Source of the DNA: Actinomycetota bacterium
GTDB taxonomy: Bacteria; Actinomycetota; CADDZG01; JAHWKV01; JAOPZY01
Reading direction: 5' to 3'
Assembly: GCA_025963875.1 (NCBI GenBank)
Contig: JAOPZY010000213.1
Coordinates: forward strand, 1-38,356
Length of the DNA: 38,356 nt
A program made the translations under genes and the position numbers. Numbering within the stretch: position 1 is the stretch's first letter; every line of letters begins with the position of its first letter. The notes beneath the pieces are model-generated. The model was not told the origin of the DNA. It saw nothing but the letters and a program-made list of their open reading frames with translations, and made no database searches. Below are positions 27,997 through 36,422 of this stretch, one piece after another.

Positions 27997-30417
27997 ATGC
28001 CAGTAGCACGGCAATCCCGACCCGATACCCCTCGCCGGAAGGCCGCGGCGGCACCCAGGACCGGGGCCGCGGCATCCGGCGCCCGGAAGCCGGCGGGCCA
28101 GACGAGGTCGCCCGTCGCCCGCGGATCCGGGCCGGCCTCCACCTCCGCGCGCGCCACGCGGCCCTCGCCGCCGTCGCAGCAGCGGACCCGGTCCCCCCAG
28201 CCCGGCAAGACCACCCAGCGCCGACGGCCCCCGAGGCGGGCACAGCCCAGGACACGGGTTGCCCAGGTCATCGTCTGGATCCTTCGCCGGTGGTGGCTCT
28301 GGGCCGCGGCGGGCTTCGCTGCGGGGGCCGTCGCCGTCTTCGCCCTCTTGATCGGCAACGTCCCGCTGCCGGCGGCCCTACCCGCCGCCCAGTCCTCCAC
28401 CGTGCTCTCCGCCGACGGCAGCGTCCTCGCCCTCTACCACGGCACCGAGGACCGGGTCATCGTGCCGCTCGGCCAGATCTCGATGAACCTCCGCCAGGCG
28501 GTCGTGGCCGCGGAGGACCGCAACTTCTTCAGCAACAGCGGGGTGAGCCTGCGCGGCACGCTCCGGGCGCTGTGGGTGGACGTCGCCGGCGGCCAGATCG
28601 CCCAGGGTGGCTCAACCATCACCCAGCAGTACGTCCGCAACGCCCTGCCGGGCGTGGGCAAGCAGCGCTCCATCGTCCGGAAGCTCCGCGAGGCAACCCT
28701 CGCCATCAAGTTCGAGCGCAAGTACTCGAAGGACAAGATCCTCGAGGACTACCTGAACACGGTCTACTTCGGGCGCGGGGCCTACGGTGCGGAGGCGGCG
28801 GCCAGGGCGTACTTCAACAAGCCGGCCAAGGACCTGAGCGTCGCCGAGGCCAGCTACCTCGCAGGGATCATCCGGCGGCCCGAGTACTACCAGCCCGACA
28901 GCAACCCGCAGGGGGCGACCCAGATCCGCGACACGGTGCTCGCCGACATGGTGTCGGCGGGCTATCTCAGCCCCCGCCAGGCCGACAGCGCGAGGGCCCA
29001 GAAGCTCAGCTTCCAGACGGGGTCCGCCTCGTCATCGGCCCGGGGGGCCTACTTCGTCGAGTACGTCCGCCGGCTCCTGAAGGACACCTACCACCTGACC
29101 GACCAGCAGATCCTCACCGGGGGCTTACGGATCTCCACGACGCTCGACCTGCGCCTGCAGGATGCGGCGGAGGCTGCCGTGTCGTCCACCCTGGACAAGG
29201 CCGGCGACCCGCAGGCCGCCCTGGTGGCGATGGAGACCGACGGCAGCATCCGGGCGATGGTCGGGGGGAGGGACACCTCGAGCCTCCAGGCCGCCCAGGG
29301 CTTCAACTACGCTGCGCAGAAGTCCGGCGCGAACGGCGGCCGCCAGCCGGGGTCGGCGTTCAAGCCCTTCACGCTGGCGGATTTCATCGAGAGTGGCTAC
29401 TCGGTCGACTCGACGTTCCAGGGGCCGCCGGCGGTGGTGGTGACGTCGAGGCAGTGCCAGAACCTGGACGGCTCCAACTGGAGCGTCAACAACTTCAAGA
29501 ACGAGAGCTACGGCGATCTCACCGTCACCGAGGCGACTGCCCAGTCGGTGAACACCGTCTACGCCCAGCTCGTCGACCGCCTGAGGCCGGCCAACGTCCG
29601 CTCCCTTGCGGAGCGGGTCGGGGGCTGGACGAACCTCTCCCCGGTGTGCTCGATCGCGCTCGGCACGTCGGCGGTGACCCCCCTCGAGATGGCGAGGGCC
29701 TATGCCACCTTCGCGGCCCGCGGCCAGCGGCCCGACCCCCTTGCGGTGACGAAGGTCGTGACGGCGGACGGCAGGGTGCTCGTCGACCAGGCCCCCCGCG
29801 CCGAGCACGTGCTTGACCCGAACGTCGCCGACACGGTGACCCAGGTCCTCACCCAGGTCCTCGACCACGGCACCGCCAAGGGCAAGGGCATCGGGCGGCC
29901 GGCAGCCGGCAAGACCGGGACCACCGAGAAACTCACGGACGCCTGGTTCGTGGGGTACACGCCGACACTCTCGGCGGCGGTCTGGATGGGCTACCCGTTC
30001 GACGCCAAGGCGAACACCACCCCGCCGATGACGAGCGTCCACGGCATCGAGGTATCGGGCGGCACGCTGCCGGCGACGATCTGGCAGAAGTTCATGAAAT
30101 CTGCGGTGGCCCCGTTCAAGGTGGCAACGTTCACGGCGCCCACAGCCCAGGGCAAGGTCATCGGGCCCTCGGGGGCCCCCTGTGCCAGCGGCGTGCTGCC
30201 CACGCCCGACAACCCTTGCACGCCGGCCGGCTCGCCGTGCCCGGCGACGCCCACCGCGACGGCGACAGCGGCGCCCACGACAGCGCCGGCCGCAGCCGGA
30301 GCGACGCAGACCGCAACGCCGGCGCCATGCCCATCCGAGGCACTGCCGCCCGACATCGTCATCCCCTCCCCCAGCCCGTCGACAAGCGCCTCGCCCGGGG
30401 CCTCCCCTGGCCACTGA
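27997..30417 (+). CDS. ponA: Class A penicillin-binding protein (transglycosylase-transpeptidase)
   Basis: AAEDRNFF, GGSTITQQYVRN, RKLREA, YLNTVYFG; SAFK, SVN and KTGT motifs; Pro/Thr-rich tail. Confidence 0.95.
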   Translation: MPVARQSRPDTPRRKAAAAPRTGAAASGARKPAGQTRSPVARGSGPASTSARATRPSPPSQQRTRSPQPGKTTQRRRPPRRAQPRTRVAQVIVWILRRWWLWAAAGFAAGAVAVFALLIGNVPLPAALPAAQSSTVLSADGSVLALYHGTEDRVIVPLGQISMNLRQAVVAAEDRNFFSNSGVSLRGTLRALWVDVAGGQIAQGGSTITQQYVRNALPGVGKQRSIVRKLREATLAIKFERKYSKDKILEDYLNTVYFGRGAYGAEAAARAYFNKPAKDLSVAEASYLAGIIRRPEYYQPDSNPQGATQIRDTVLADMVSAGYLSPRQADSARAQKLSFQTGSASSSARGAYFVEYVRRLLKDTYHLTDQQILTGGLRISTTLDLRLQDAAEAAVSSTLDKAGDPQAALVAMETDGSIRAMVGGRDTSSLQAAQGFNYAAQKSGANGGRQPGSAFKPFTLADFIESGYSVDSTFQGPPAVVVTSRQCQNLDGSNWSVNNFKNESYGDLTVTEATAQSVNTVYAQLVDRLRPANVRSLAERVGGWTNLSPVCSIALGTSAVTPLEMARAYATFAARGQRPDPLAVTKVVTADGRVLVDQAPRAEHVLDPNVADTVTQVLTQVLDHGTAKGKGIGRPAAGKTGTTEKLTDAWFVGYTPTLSAAVWMGYPFDAKANTTPPMTSVHGIEVSGGTLPATIWQKFMKSAVAPFKVATFTAPTAQGKVIGPSGAPCASGVLPTPDNPCTPAGSPCPATPTATATAAPTTAPAAAGATQTATPAPCPSEALPPDIVIPSPSPSTSASPGASPGH

Positions 30418-30442
30418 CACCGGCCCCGCACGCCGGCGGCTG

Positions 30443-31819
30443 GTGGGCGGGACCAATTGGGACTGGTCGCAGCAACCCGCCTCGCTCGGTCTCGCCTGCG
30501 CCGCGGCGGCGGTGGGCCTCCTGATCAGCTACCTCATGCGCAACCAGTGCGCCACCCATCCCTGGGCCGACGCATTCCAGTACCGGCACCTCTGCTACAA
30601 CGACATCCAGCCGTTGTTCCACGCCCGGGGCGTGGACAGGGGGCTGGTCCCCTACACGGACGTGACGGTCGAGTACCCGGTGCTCATCGGGACCTTCATG
30701 TACGGCGCCGGCCGGATCCTCGCCTTCCTCACCCACGTGGGCCTGGCGGCCGGCTACAACGATCCCTCCTACTTCCAGATCACCGCCCTGCTGCTGTGGC
30801 CGTTCTCCTTCGCCGTGACGCTGCTCCTGCGCCGGAGGGTGACGGCCGGGCGGCTAATGCTGTGGGCGATCGGGACCCCGACGATCTTCTACACCTTTCT
30901 CAACTGGGACATCCTCGCCGTGGCGGCCCTGGTCTGGGGCCTCGTCGAGGTCGAGAAGCGGCGATGGGGGTGGGCCGGCTTCGCCCTCGCTCTCGGCGCC
31001 AGCGCCAAGCTCTTTCCGGCATTTGCGCTGCCGGGCGCCTTCCTCGCCGCCTGGGCGGCCCGGGACCGCAGAGGGGCCACCCGCCTCGTCAACGGGTTCG
31101 GCCTGGGCGTGATCGGTGCCAACGTCCCCTGGATGATCGCCTCGTTCTCCGGCTGGATGGGGGTGTGGAAGTTCCACGCGGACCGCTGGCCCGACCTGGG
31201 CACGACCTGGTACTGGTTCGGCGCGCTGGGCAACACCGTGCACCCGTCGGCGTGGTGGACCCCCCCCGGTGGAGGATGGCGGGGCGTCGTCGGCGTCGTT
31301 GGGCTGGCGGCGTTCGGTCTCGTGTCGCTGCTGATCCTGTGGGTCGGTTGGCGGCGACGCGACGAGCCCGGGGGGTATCCGGTCGTTCCCACGGGCCTGG
31401 CGATCATCGCCTCGTTCATGGTCCTGTCCAAGGTGCACTCGCCGCAGTACGCCCTCTGGGTCATGCCGCTGATCGTGATGGTGGACATCCCCTGGCGGCA
31501 GGTCCTCGCCTACCTCGCCAGCGATGCCGTGCTCTTCGTCTCGGGCTGGTGGTGGTACACGAAGCCCGACCCCTTCCTTCCCCCCGCCCCCCTGGCCGAG
31601 AAGATCTTCGTCCTGGCCGTGTTCGCCCGCTCCATCGCGCTGATCGTCATCGCCGTGCAGGCAACCCGGCGGGGAAGGCGCCTCGAGCCTGCGGCGCCGG
31701 ACGCCGGGGCCCGCCCGTCCCGCAAACATTTCTTCGCGGCTTCCCAAAATGGCCCGGATTCTGTCGGTACCCTTCCCTATAGTGGGCAGCAGATGGACGT
31801 TGAACCCAACCGAGGGTAA
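30443..31819 (+). CDS. Glycosyltransferase family 87 membrane protein (Rv0051-like)
   Basis: CYNDI, VEYPVL, NWDILAV, LGASAKLFP, KVHSPQY.LW; follows ponA. Start approximate. Confidence 0.88.
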   Translation: MGGTNWDWSQQPASLGLACAAAAVGLLISYLMRNQCATHPWADAFQYRHLCYNDIQPLFHARGVDRGLVPYTDVTVEYPVLIGTFMYGAGRILAFLTHVGLAAGYNDPSYFQITALLLWPFSFAVTLLLRRRVTAGRLMLWAIGTPTIFYTFLNWDILAVAALVWGLVEVEKRRWGWAGFALALGASAKLFPAFALPGAFLAAWAARDRRGATRLVNGFGLGVIGANVPWMIASFSGWMGVWKFHADRWPDLGTTWYWFGALGNTVHPSAWWTPPGGGWRGVVGVVGLAAFGLVSLLILWVGWRRRDEPGGYPVVPTGLAIIASFMVLSKVHSPQYALWVMPLIVMVDIPWRQVLAYLASDAVLFVSGWWWYTKPDPFLPPAPLAEKIFVLAVFARSIALIVIAVQATRRGRRLEPAAPDAGARPSRKHFFAASQNGPDSVGTLPYSGQQMDVEPNRG

Positions 31820-31824
31820 GATGC

Positions 31825-31892
31825 ACGGCTGCCCCACCTTGCTCCCTATCCCGGGAGCCTTCCGGTCCGCCGGAAGTCCTTAAGGAGGCGAT
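31825..31892 (+). promoter_or_regulatory. S6:S18 ribosomal protein autoregulatory leader (putative)
   Basis: CACCTTG can pair with the TAAGGAGG RBS region, enclosing hairpins GCTCCC/GGGAGC and CTTCCGG/CCGGAAG; TAAGAT -10 at 31817-31822. Confidence 0.65.
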
Positions 31893-32174
31893 ATGCGTGA
31901 CTATGAAGCTGTGATCATTCTTGACCCGCGGCTGGAGGAGGCGTCCTCGAAAGAGGCAATCGAGCGCTTCACCAAGCTCGTGCAGGCCAAGGGTGAGGTA
32001 ACCAAGGTGGACTCGTGGGGCCGGCGCCGGCTCGCATACGAGATCAACCACCTGAGCGAGGGTTTCTACCTCGTTGCCAAGTTCAAGGCCGAACCGACCT
32101 TGCTCGAAGAACTCGACCGCCTCTTCAAGATCGGCGAGGAGTATGTCCGGGCGAAGATCGTCCGGATATCCTAG
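31893..32174 (+). CDS. rpsF: 30S ribosomal protein S6
   Basis: MRDYE..IILDP, WGRRRLAYEI, EGFY. Confidence 0.96.
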   Translation: MRDYEAVIILDPRLEEASSKEAIERFTKLVQAKGEVTKVDSWGRRRLAYEINHLSEGFYLVAKFKAEPTLLEELDRLFKIGEEYVRAKIVRIS

Positions 32175-32196
32175 GCAAGGAAGGGGAGGTCCAGAC

Positions 32197-32625
32197 ATGT
32201 CCAATCAGATCACGGTGGTCGGCAACCTGACCCGCGAGCCCGAGCTGCGCTACACGCCAACCGGGGCAGCGGTCGTCAAGTTCGGGTTGGCCGTCAACCG
32301 CTTCTACACCAACCGCAACGGCGAGAAGGTCGAGCAGACCGACTTCTTCACCGTCAACGCCTGGCGACAGCTCGCCGAGAACGTCGCCGAGACCTGCAAG
32401 GTCGGGACTCGGGTGATCGTTTCCGGCCGGCTGCAGTCCCGCAATTGGGAGACCGAGGAGGGCCAGAAGCGCACGGTGGTCGAGATCGAGGCCGACGAGG
32501 TCGGACCGTCGCTGCGCTGGGCCACCGCACAGGTCACCAAGGCATCCCGAGGGGGGCCCGGCGAGTGGGCCGCCGCGGACACCACCTCGGAGGCCGCGCC
32601 ACAGGAGGTGCACGCTGCCACGTAA
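32197..32625 (+). CDS. ssb: Single-stranded DNA-binding protein
   Basis: [43 protein letters not shown]. Confidence 0.95.
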   Translation: MSNQITVVGNLTREPELRYTPTGAAVVKFGLAVNRFYTNRNGEKVEQTDFFTVNAWRQLAENVAETCKVGTRVIVSGRLQSRNWETEEGQKRTVVEIEADEVGPSLRWATAQVTKASRGGPGEWAAADTTSEAAPQEVHAAT

Positions 32626-32893
32626 GGACACGCGCAAGGACGCACGAGGGGGGTCCGCCAAGGACAACAAGAAGTCCGCTCGTCCCCAGCGCAAGAAGGT
32701 TTGTTATTTCTGCCGGGAGAAGGTCACCTACGTCGACTTCAAGGACGTGGCGTTGCTGCGCCGGTTCGTCTCCGACCGAGGGAAGATCCGCGCCCGGAGG
32801 GTGACGGGCACCTGCTCGCAGCACCAGCGCGACGTCGCGGCTGCGGTGAAGAGCGCCCGCGAGGTGGCGTTGCTGCCGTACGTGATCCGATGA
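32615..32893 (+). CDS. rpsR: 30S ribosomal protein S18 (Zn-binding C+ form), probable CTG start; not in ORF track
   Basis: (M)PRKDTRK...[74 protein letters not shown] 5 nt before the CTG. Confidence 0.95.
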   Translation: MPRKDTRKDARGGSAKDNKKSARPQRKKVCYFCREKVTYVDFKDVALLRRFVSDRGKIRARRVTGTCSQHQRDVAAAVKSAREVALLPYVIR

Positions 32894-33339
32894 AGGTCGT
32901 CCTCAACGCCGACATCGGCACGCTGGGCCACAAGGGCGACATCGTCGAGGTGGCGCCGGGCTACGCCCGGAACTACCTGCTGCCGAGGAACCTCGCCCTG
33001 TCGGCGAGCAGGGGGGCGGTCAAGCAGGCCGAGACCATGCGGCGTTCCCGCACCGAACGGGAGCGCCGCGACCGTGCCCTGGCCGACGCCATGGCCGGCC
33101 GTATCGTGGGGGCCGCCCTGCGGATCCCCGCGCGGGCCGGCGAGGACGGGCAGCTCTTCGGGTCGGTGACCAACGCCGACATCGCCGAGGCGCTGACCCG
33201 TGCCCTCGGCGAAGAGATCGATCGCCGCAAGATCAACCTGCCGGCGCCGATCCGCTCCCTGGGGACCCACGACTACTCGGTGCACATCAGCCCCGACGTC
33301 ACGGCGGCCGGCACCGTCGAAGTCATCCCCCAGACTTAA
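32890..33339 (+). CDS. rplI: 50S ribosomal protein L9
   Basis: MKVVL...[40 protein letters not shown] overlap with rpsR. Confidence 0.96.
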   Translation: MKVVLNADIGTLGHKGDIVEVAPGYARNYLLPRNLALSASRGAVKQAETMRRSRTERERRDRALADAMAGRIVGAALRIPARAGEDGQLFGSVTNADIAEALTRALGEEIDRRKINLPAPIRSLGTHDYSVHISPDVTAAGTVEVIPQT

Positions 33340-33349
33340 ACTAAGCTAA

Positions 33350-33490
33350 GAGCGCGCGCAAATAGGCCGTGACCTGCGCATCCATCCTCCCGTACCGCCA
33401 GACACCCGAAACCCTTTCGCCGCAACGCTTGGCGTCACAGGAGAGCGGCCAGCGCGGCGGGAGGCGGTGCCCACCTATCTTTGCGCGCTC
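33350..33490. mobile_element. Putative MITE (141 bp), IS5-like ends
   Basis: TAA on both flanks; terminal inverted repeats GAGCGCGCGCAAATAGG / GAGCGCGCAAAGATAGG (14 of 17 match). Confidence 0.55.
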
Positions 33491-33495
33491 TAAGT

Positions 33496-33822
33496 CTAAG
33501 CTGGTGGAGAGGAAGGGCTGTGCCGGATCGGCGAGATGCGCCGCCTGGTCCCCTGGCCCCGAGGTGAAGCCGACCTGGTCTCACGCGACGCCGTTGTGCC
33601 AGCCCGTGAGCCGGGGAACCGGGCGGTCCCAAACTGCTGCCCTCGACACATGCTGCACAAATCGCCGCTGCGCCCCAGGCCGTGGGCACTGGCCGGATAG
33701 CGCTCGAAGACATGCTCGCGGTGGAGCCTGCACAGCGGTTCCAGGCGCTCAGTCTCGCCCGCCCTCCACGTAATCCACAGGATCGTCGGCCATCCGCCGG
33801 TTCCCTGGCTCTCCCGGGCCAT
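33496..33822 (-). CDS. Small hypothetical protein with CxxH...CxxC motif (108 aa)
   Basis: AGAAAGGAGAGG RBS before the ATG; MARESQG...LCRLH...LCSMC. Confidence 0.5.
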   Translation of the reverse strand: MARESQGTGGWPTILWITWRAGETERLEPLCRLHREHVFERYPASAHGLGRSGDLCSMCRGQQFGTARFPGSRAGTTASRETRSASPRGQGTRRRISPIRHSPSSPPA

Positions 33823-34187
33823 CTGGTTCCTCTCCTTTCTCATTCCTTCCGATGCCCAACACTGGAGGGAAGACCCCGATCCCCTCCCCCGAGGAGGAGC
33901 CCCCTTTCCGGCTCTTCCCGCCCGGGATCCCCCCTCTACTGCCGTTCGACCGGCAAGCACTTCGAAAATGCATCGCAATGCCCCTTCCCACCGAGAGCGG
34001 CAGACCAACCAATGGGTGCGTTAGGCTCCTCCCGCGGACATGAACGGGGCCAATGTGCGTGCCGCCAAGCTCGAGCCACGTGTTGTAGGACGTTGCTCAC
34101 TCACGACTCAGGTCTATCGCTCGCTAGCAGGGTGAAACAGGGCGAAATGGTGGGCAGGTTGGCCGCAGCCCGTCTACCGTGGACCTG

Positions 34188-35420
34188 ATGGCTAACCAAC
34201 GGCTCAGAGCCTTGAGACTTGCGCGCGGACTAACGCAGAGCGGGCTTGCTCACCTCGTATGCACCGAGGTCGAGAAGACAACCGGACGCCAAGCGGCAGT
34301 CGAAGCGCAAACGATCAGTCGCCTTGAGCGCGGCGTCATCACGTGGCCGAACCACGAGACTCGTCGGGCTCTTCGAGTCGTCCTCCGGGCGGAATCAGAC
34401 GAAGATCTCGGTTTGTACGCGAAACGGACCCACGTCGAGGCCGAGAGGATGGGCGCGCCGAAGCGGCGGGACTTTCTCCCAGTCGACGCTATGAGCGCGA
34501 TAGCGGCTCCTAAGGGGCGAATCGGGACGTCTGACGTCAACGCCATGCGTTACCGGTTCGCGCGTATGCGTGATCTCGACAACTACCTCGGCGGAGCCGA
34601 CACGTTCCGGCTCTACGCCAACGAGTTGATGCATACAGAGCATCTCCTCGCCACGTGCCGGTACAGCGACACAACTGGAGTTGCCCTCGCGGATCTCGCC
34701 AGCGAGCAAGCCCAGCAAGCCGGGTGGGCGGCGTTTGACGCCGGAGACTCCGCGACCGCGCGACGCCTTTTCGCTCTCAGTCACCGCCTGGCGGTCGACA
34801 CCGGCAACACCGATTTAGCAGCGAACGCACTCATCCACACCGCCTACGCGGACGCCACGAGCGAAGCGGTGAGCGCGGCCCAAGCAGCCGGACAGCTCAT
34901 CACCGGATCCACGCCCCCGCAGACCCTCGCCCTGCTCGAATCACGCCAAGCCTGGTCACAGGCCATTGCCGGGAACGCCCGCGACGCGGAAGCGGCCCTC
35001 AACCGGGCGCGGCATGCATTCAGCGAACGAGGAGAGGAGCCTGCCCCCCATTGGTCCGCGTGGATCAACGACACGGAACTCGACATCATGGCCGGTCGGG
35101 TCTGGGCGGTGCTTCGCGAGCCGAGCAAAGCCATTCCACCGCTTGAACGCGCACTCGCCACGTTCCCGAACCAGTGGGCTCGCGACAAGGCCCTCTACCT
35201 GCTTTTCCTCGCCGATGCGCTCACCGATGCGGGCAATGTCGACCGTGCGGTCGCTGTAGTTGACGAGGCCGTGGCCCTCGCCGCTGCCGTTGCATCGCCA
35301 CGGCCGATCAACCACGCCCGCAATACCGCCCGACGACTGACCGGACTTGGCGTGCCAGGCGCGCAACCGCTCGCCGACAAGCTCAGCGCGATCACCCTGC
35401 CGGTTCATCCAGCGTCGTAG
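34188..35420 (+). CDS. XRE-family HTH regulator with C-terminal helical (TPR-like) domain
   Basis: LRALRLARGLTQSGLA...ISRLERG....P, RRDFL, D..LGG, AQQAGWAAFDAG; TACCGT -10 7 nt before the ATG. Confidence 0.88.
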   Translation: MANQRLRALRLARGLTQSGLAHLVCTEVEKTTGRQAAVEAQTISRLERGVITWPNHETRRALRVVLRAESDEDLGLYAKRTHVEAERMGAPKRRDFLPVDAMSAIAAPKGRIGTSDVNAMRYRFARMRDLDNYLGGADTFRLYANELMHTEHLLATCRYSDTTGVALADLASEQAQQAGWAAFDAGDSATARRLFALSHRLAVDTGNTDLAANALIHTAYADATSEAVSAAQAAGQLITGSTPPQTLALLESRQAWSQAIAGNARDAEAALNRARHAFSERGEEPAPHWSAWINDTELDIMAGRVWAVLREPSKAIPPLERALATFPNQWARDKALYLLFLADALTDAGNVDRAVAVVDEAVALAAAVASPRPINHARNTARRLTGLGVPGAQPLADKLSAITLPVHPAS

Positions 35421-35733
35421 TGCGCTCGACCCACTCGGCATAGCTCTCGGCGCACCACGCAATCGGCGAGGCCGAGATCTCCGGACTCGTCCAGGGGTGC
35501 AGCTCGGCGAGACGCGTGGCGAGACGATCGCGAGTGGCGAGTGACGTTCGCAGGGTCACCCGCCATTCCTCACCCTCGCCAAGCTCTCCGAGGTGCCAGA
35601 ACACGGAGACCGAGGGACCGCTGACCTCCGCACCTGCAGCAAGACGTTCCTTGACCACAATCCGAGCCAGGCCAAGCGCCTGACTCTGCGTCGGAACAGT
35701 GGACGTCACGGACCACACCCGGGCTTCGCTCAT
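35392..35733 (-). CDS. cutA: CutA-family divalent-cation tolerance protein
   Basis: LAR..V.ERLAA, GP..SVFWH.G.....EEW, HPW..PEI, Y.EWV; overlaps the XRE gene tail-to-tail by 29 bp. Confidence 0.88.
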   Translation of the reverse strand: MSEARVWSVTSTVPTQSQALGLARIVVKERLAAGAEVSGPSVSVFWHLGELGEGEEWRVTLRTSLATRDRLATRLAELHPWTSPEISASPIAWCAESYAEWVERTTTLDEPAG

Positions 35734-36108
35734 GAGAACAGCATAGGCGGGCATGATCGCCGAGCACGGCGAGCCGTCAACCTTGGCGAGGCCGGTAGCG
35801 CAGGCCATGCCCGCACCCCTCAGGCCGACAGGACCATCCCAGATCGGCTCCCTCCCACTAGATAAAAGGGCGCCGAGCTGGCCAACCTCTGCGCCGAAAC
35901 CCTGACGAGCCGATCCGGGCTGCCCACCGGGGCGTCGAGCGGGTCCGCGACGACGAGGATCTGCTTTTCGGCTCCTCAAGGCCACCGGACTCTCGCTCTG
36001 ATTCTCTGCCTTCCCTCTACCGGAGCTTGCCGCTAATCTGGCTGCCACTCATTTGACCGAAGACCCTTAAGAGCGGGGAAGCGCCCCTCCAAACCTCCTT
36101 GGTTCGCC

Positions 36109-36156
36109 GAGGCTAGTCGCCTTTCGCGCGCCGGCGCGCGATCCGCACCTAACTTC
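36109..36156. repeat. 48-bp palindromic repeat, copy 5 (reverse orientation)
   Basis: Reverse complement is GAAGTTAGGTGCGGATCGCGCGCCGGCGCGCGAAAGGCGACTAGCCTC. Confidence 0.8.
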
Positions 36157-36259
36157 GGGACTTGGAGGGGATCGGCCGGGGCGCCGGGGCGCGAACAAAT
36201 CTGACTCCGAACCATTGACTCCCCGTGCCAGGCCCCATATGTTGGGCCATCGTAGCCCG

Positions 36260-36338
36260 GTAACCACAACATCTTGTGGATAAGCCGGTGGACAGGGAGT
36301 TGACGAACTGTGGACGGCGCTTCAGTTGCTGTGGAAAT
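36260..36338. promoter_or_regulatory. DnaA-box cluster upstream of dnaB
   Basis: Perfect TGTGGATAA at 36275-36283, plus near matches GTAACCACA (36260), GGTGGACAG (36287), TGTGGACGG (36309), TGTGGAAAT (36330). Confidence 0.75.
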
Positions 36339-36360
36339 CGTGCCTGCGTTTGCATTAGAG

Positions 36361-36376
36361 TCGAACATATGTTCTA
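36361..36376. promoter_or_regulatory. LexA (SOS) box upstream of dnaB
   Basis: TCGAAC-ATAT-GTTCTA, one mismatch to the actinobacterial TCGAAC-N4-GTTCGA. Confidence 0.75.
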
Positions 36377-36422
36377 GAGACTCTGGAAAGGGCCCTGGGA
36401 AGGACCTTAGAAAGGAATGGCC

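Noticed and set aside
36260..36338. DnaA-box cluster as oriC
   Set aside because: No adjacent dnaA or dnaN and no extended AT-rich unwinding element; a regulatory role is more likely.
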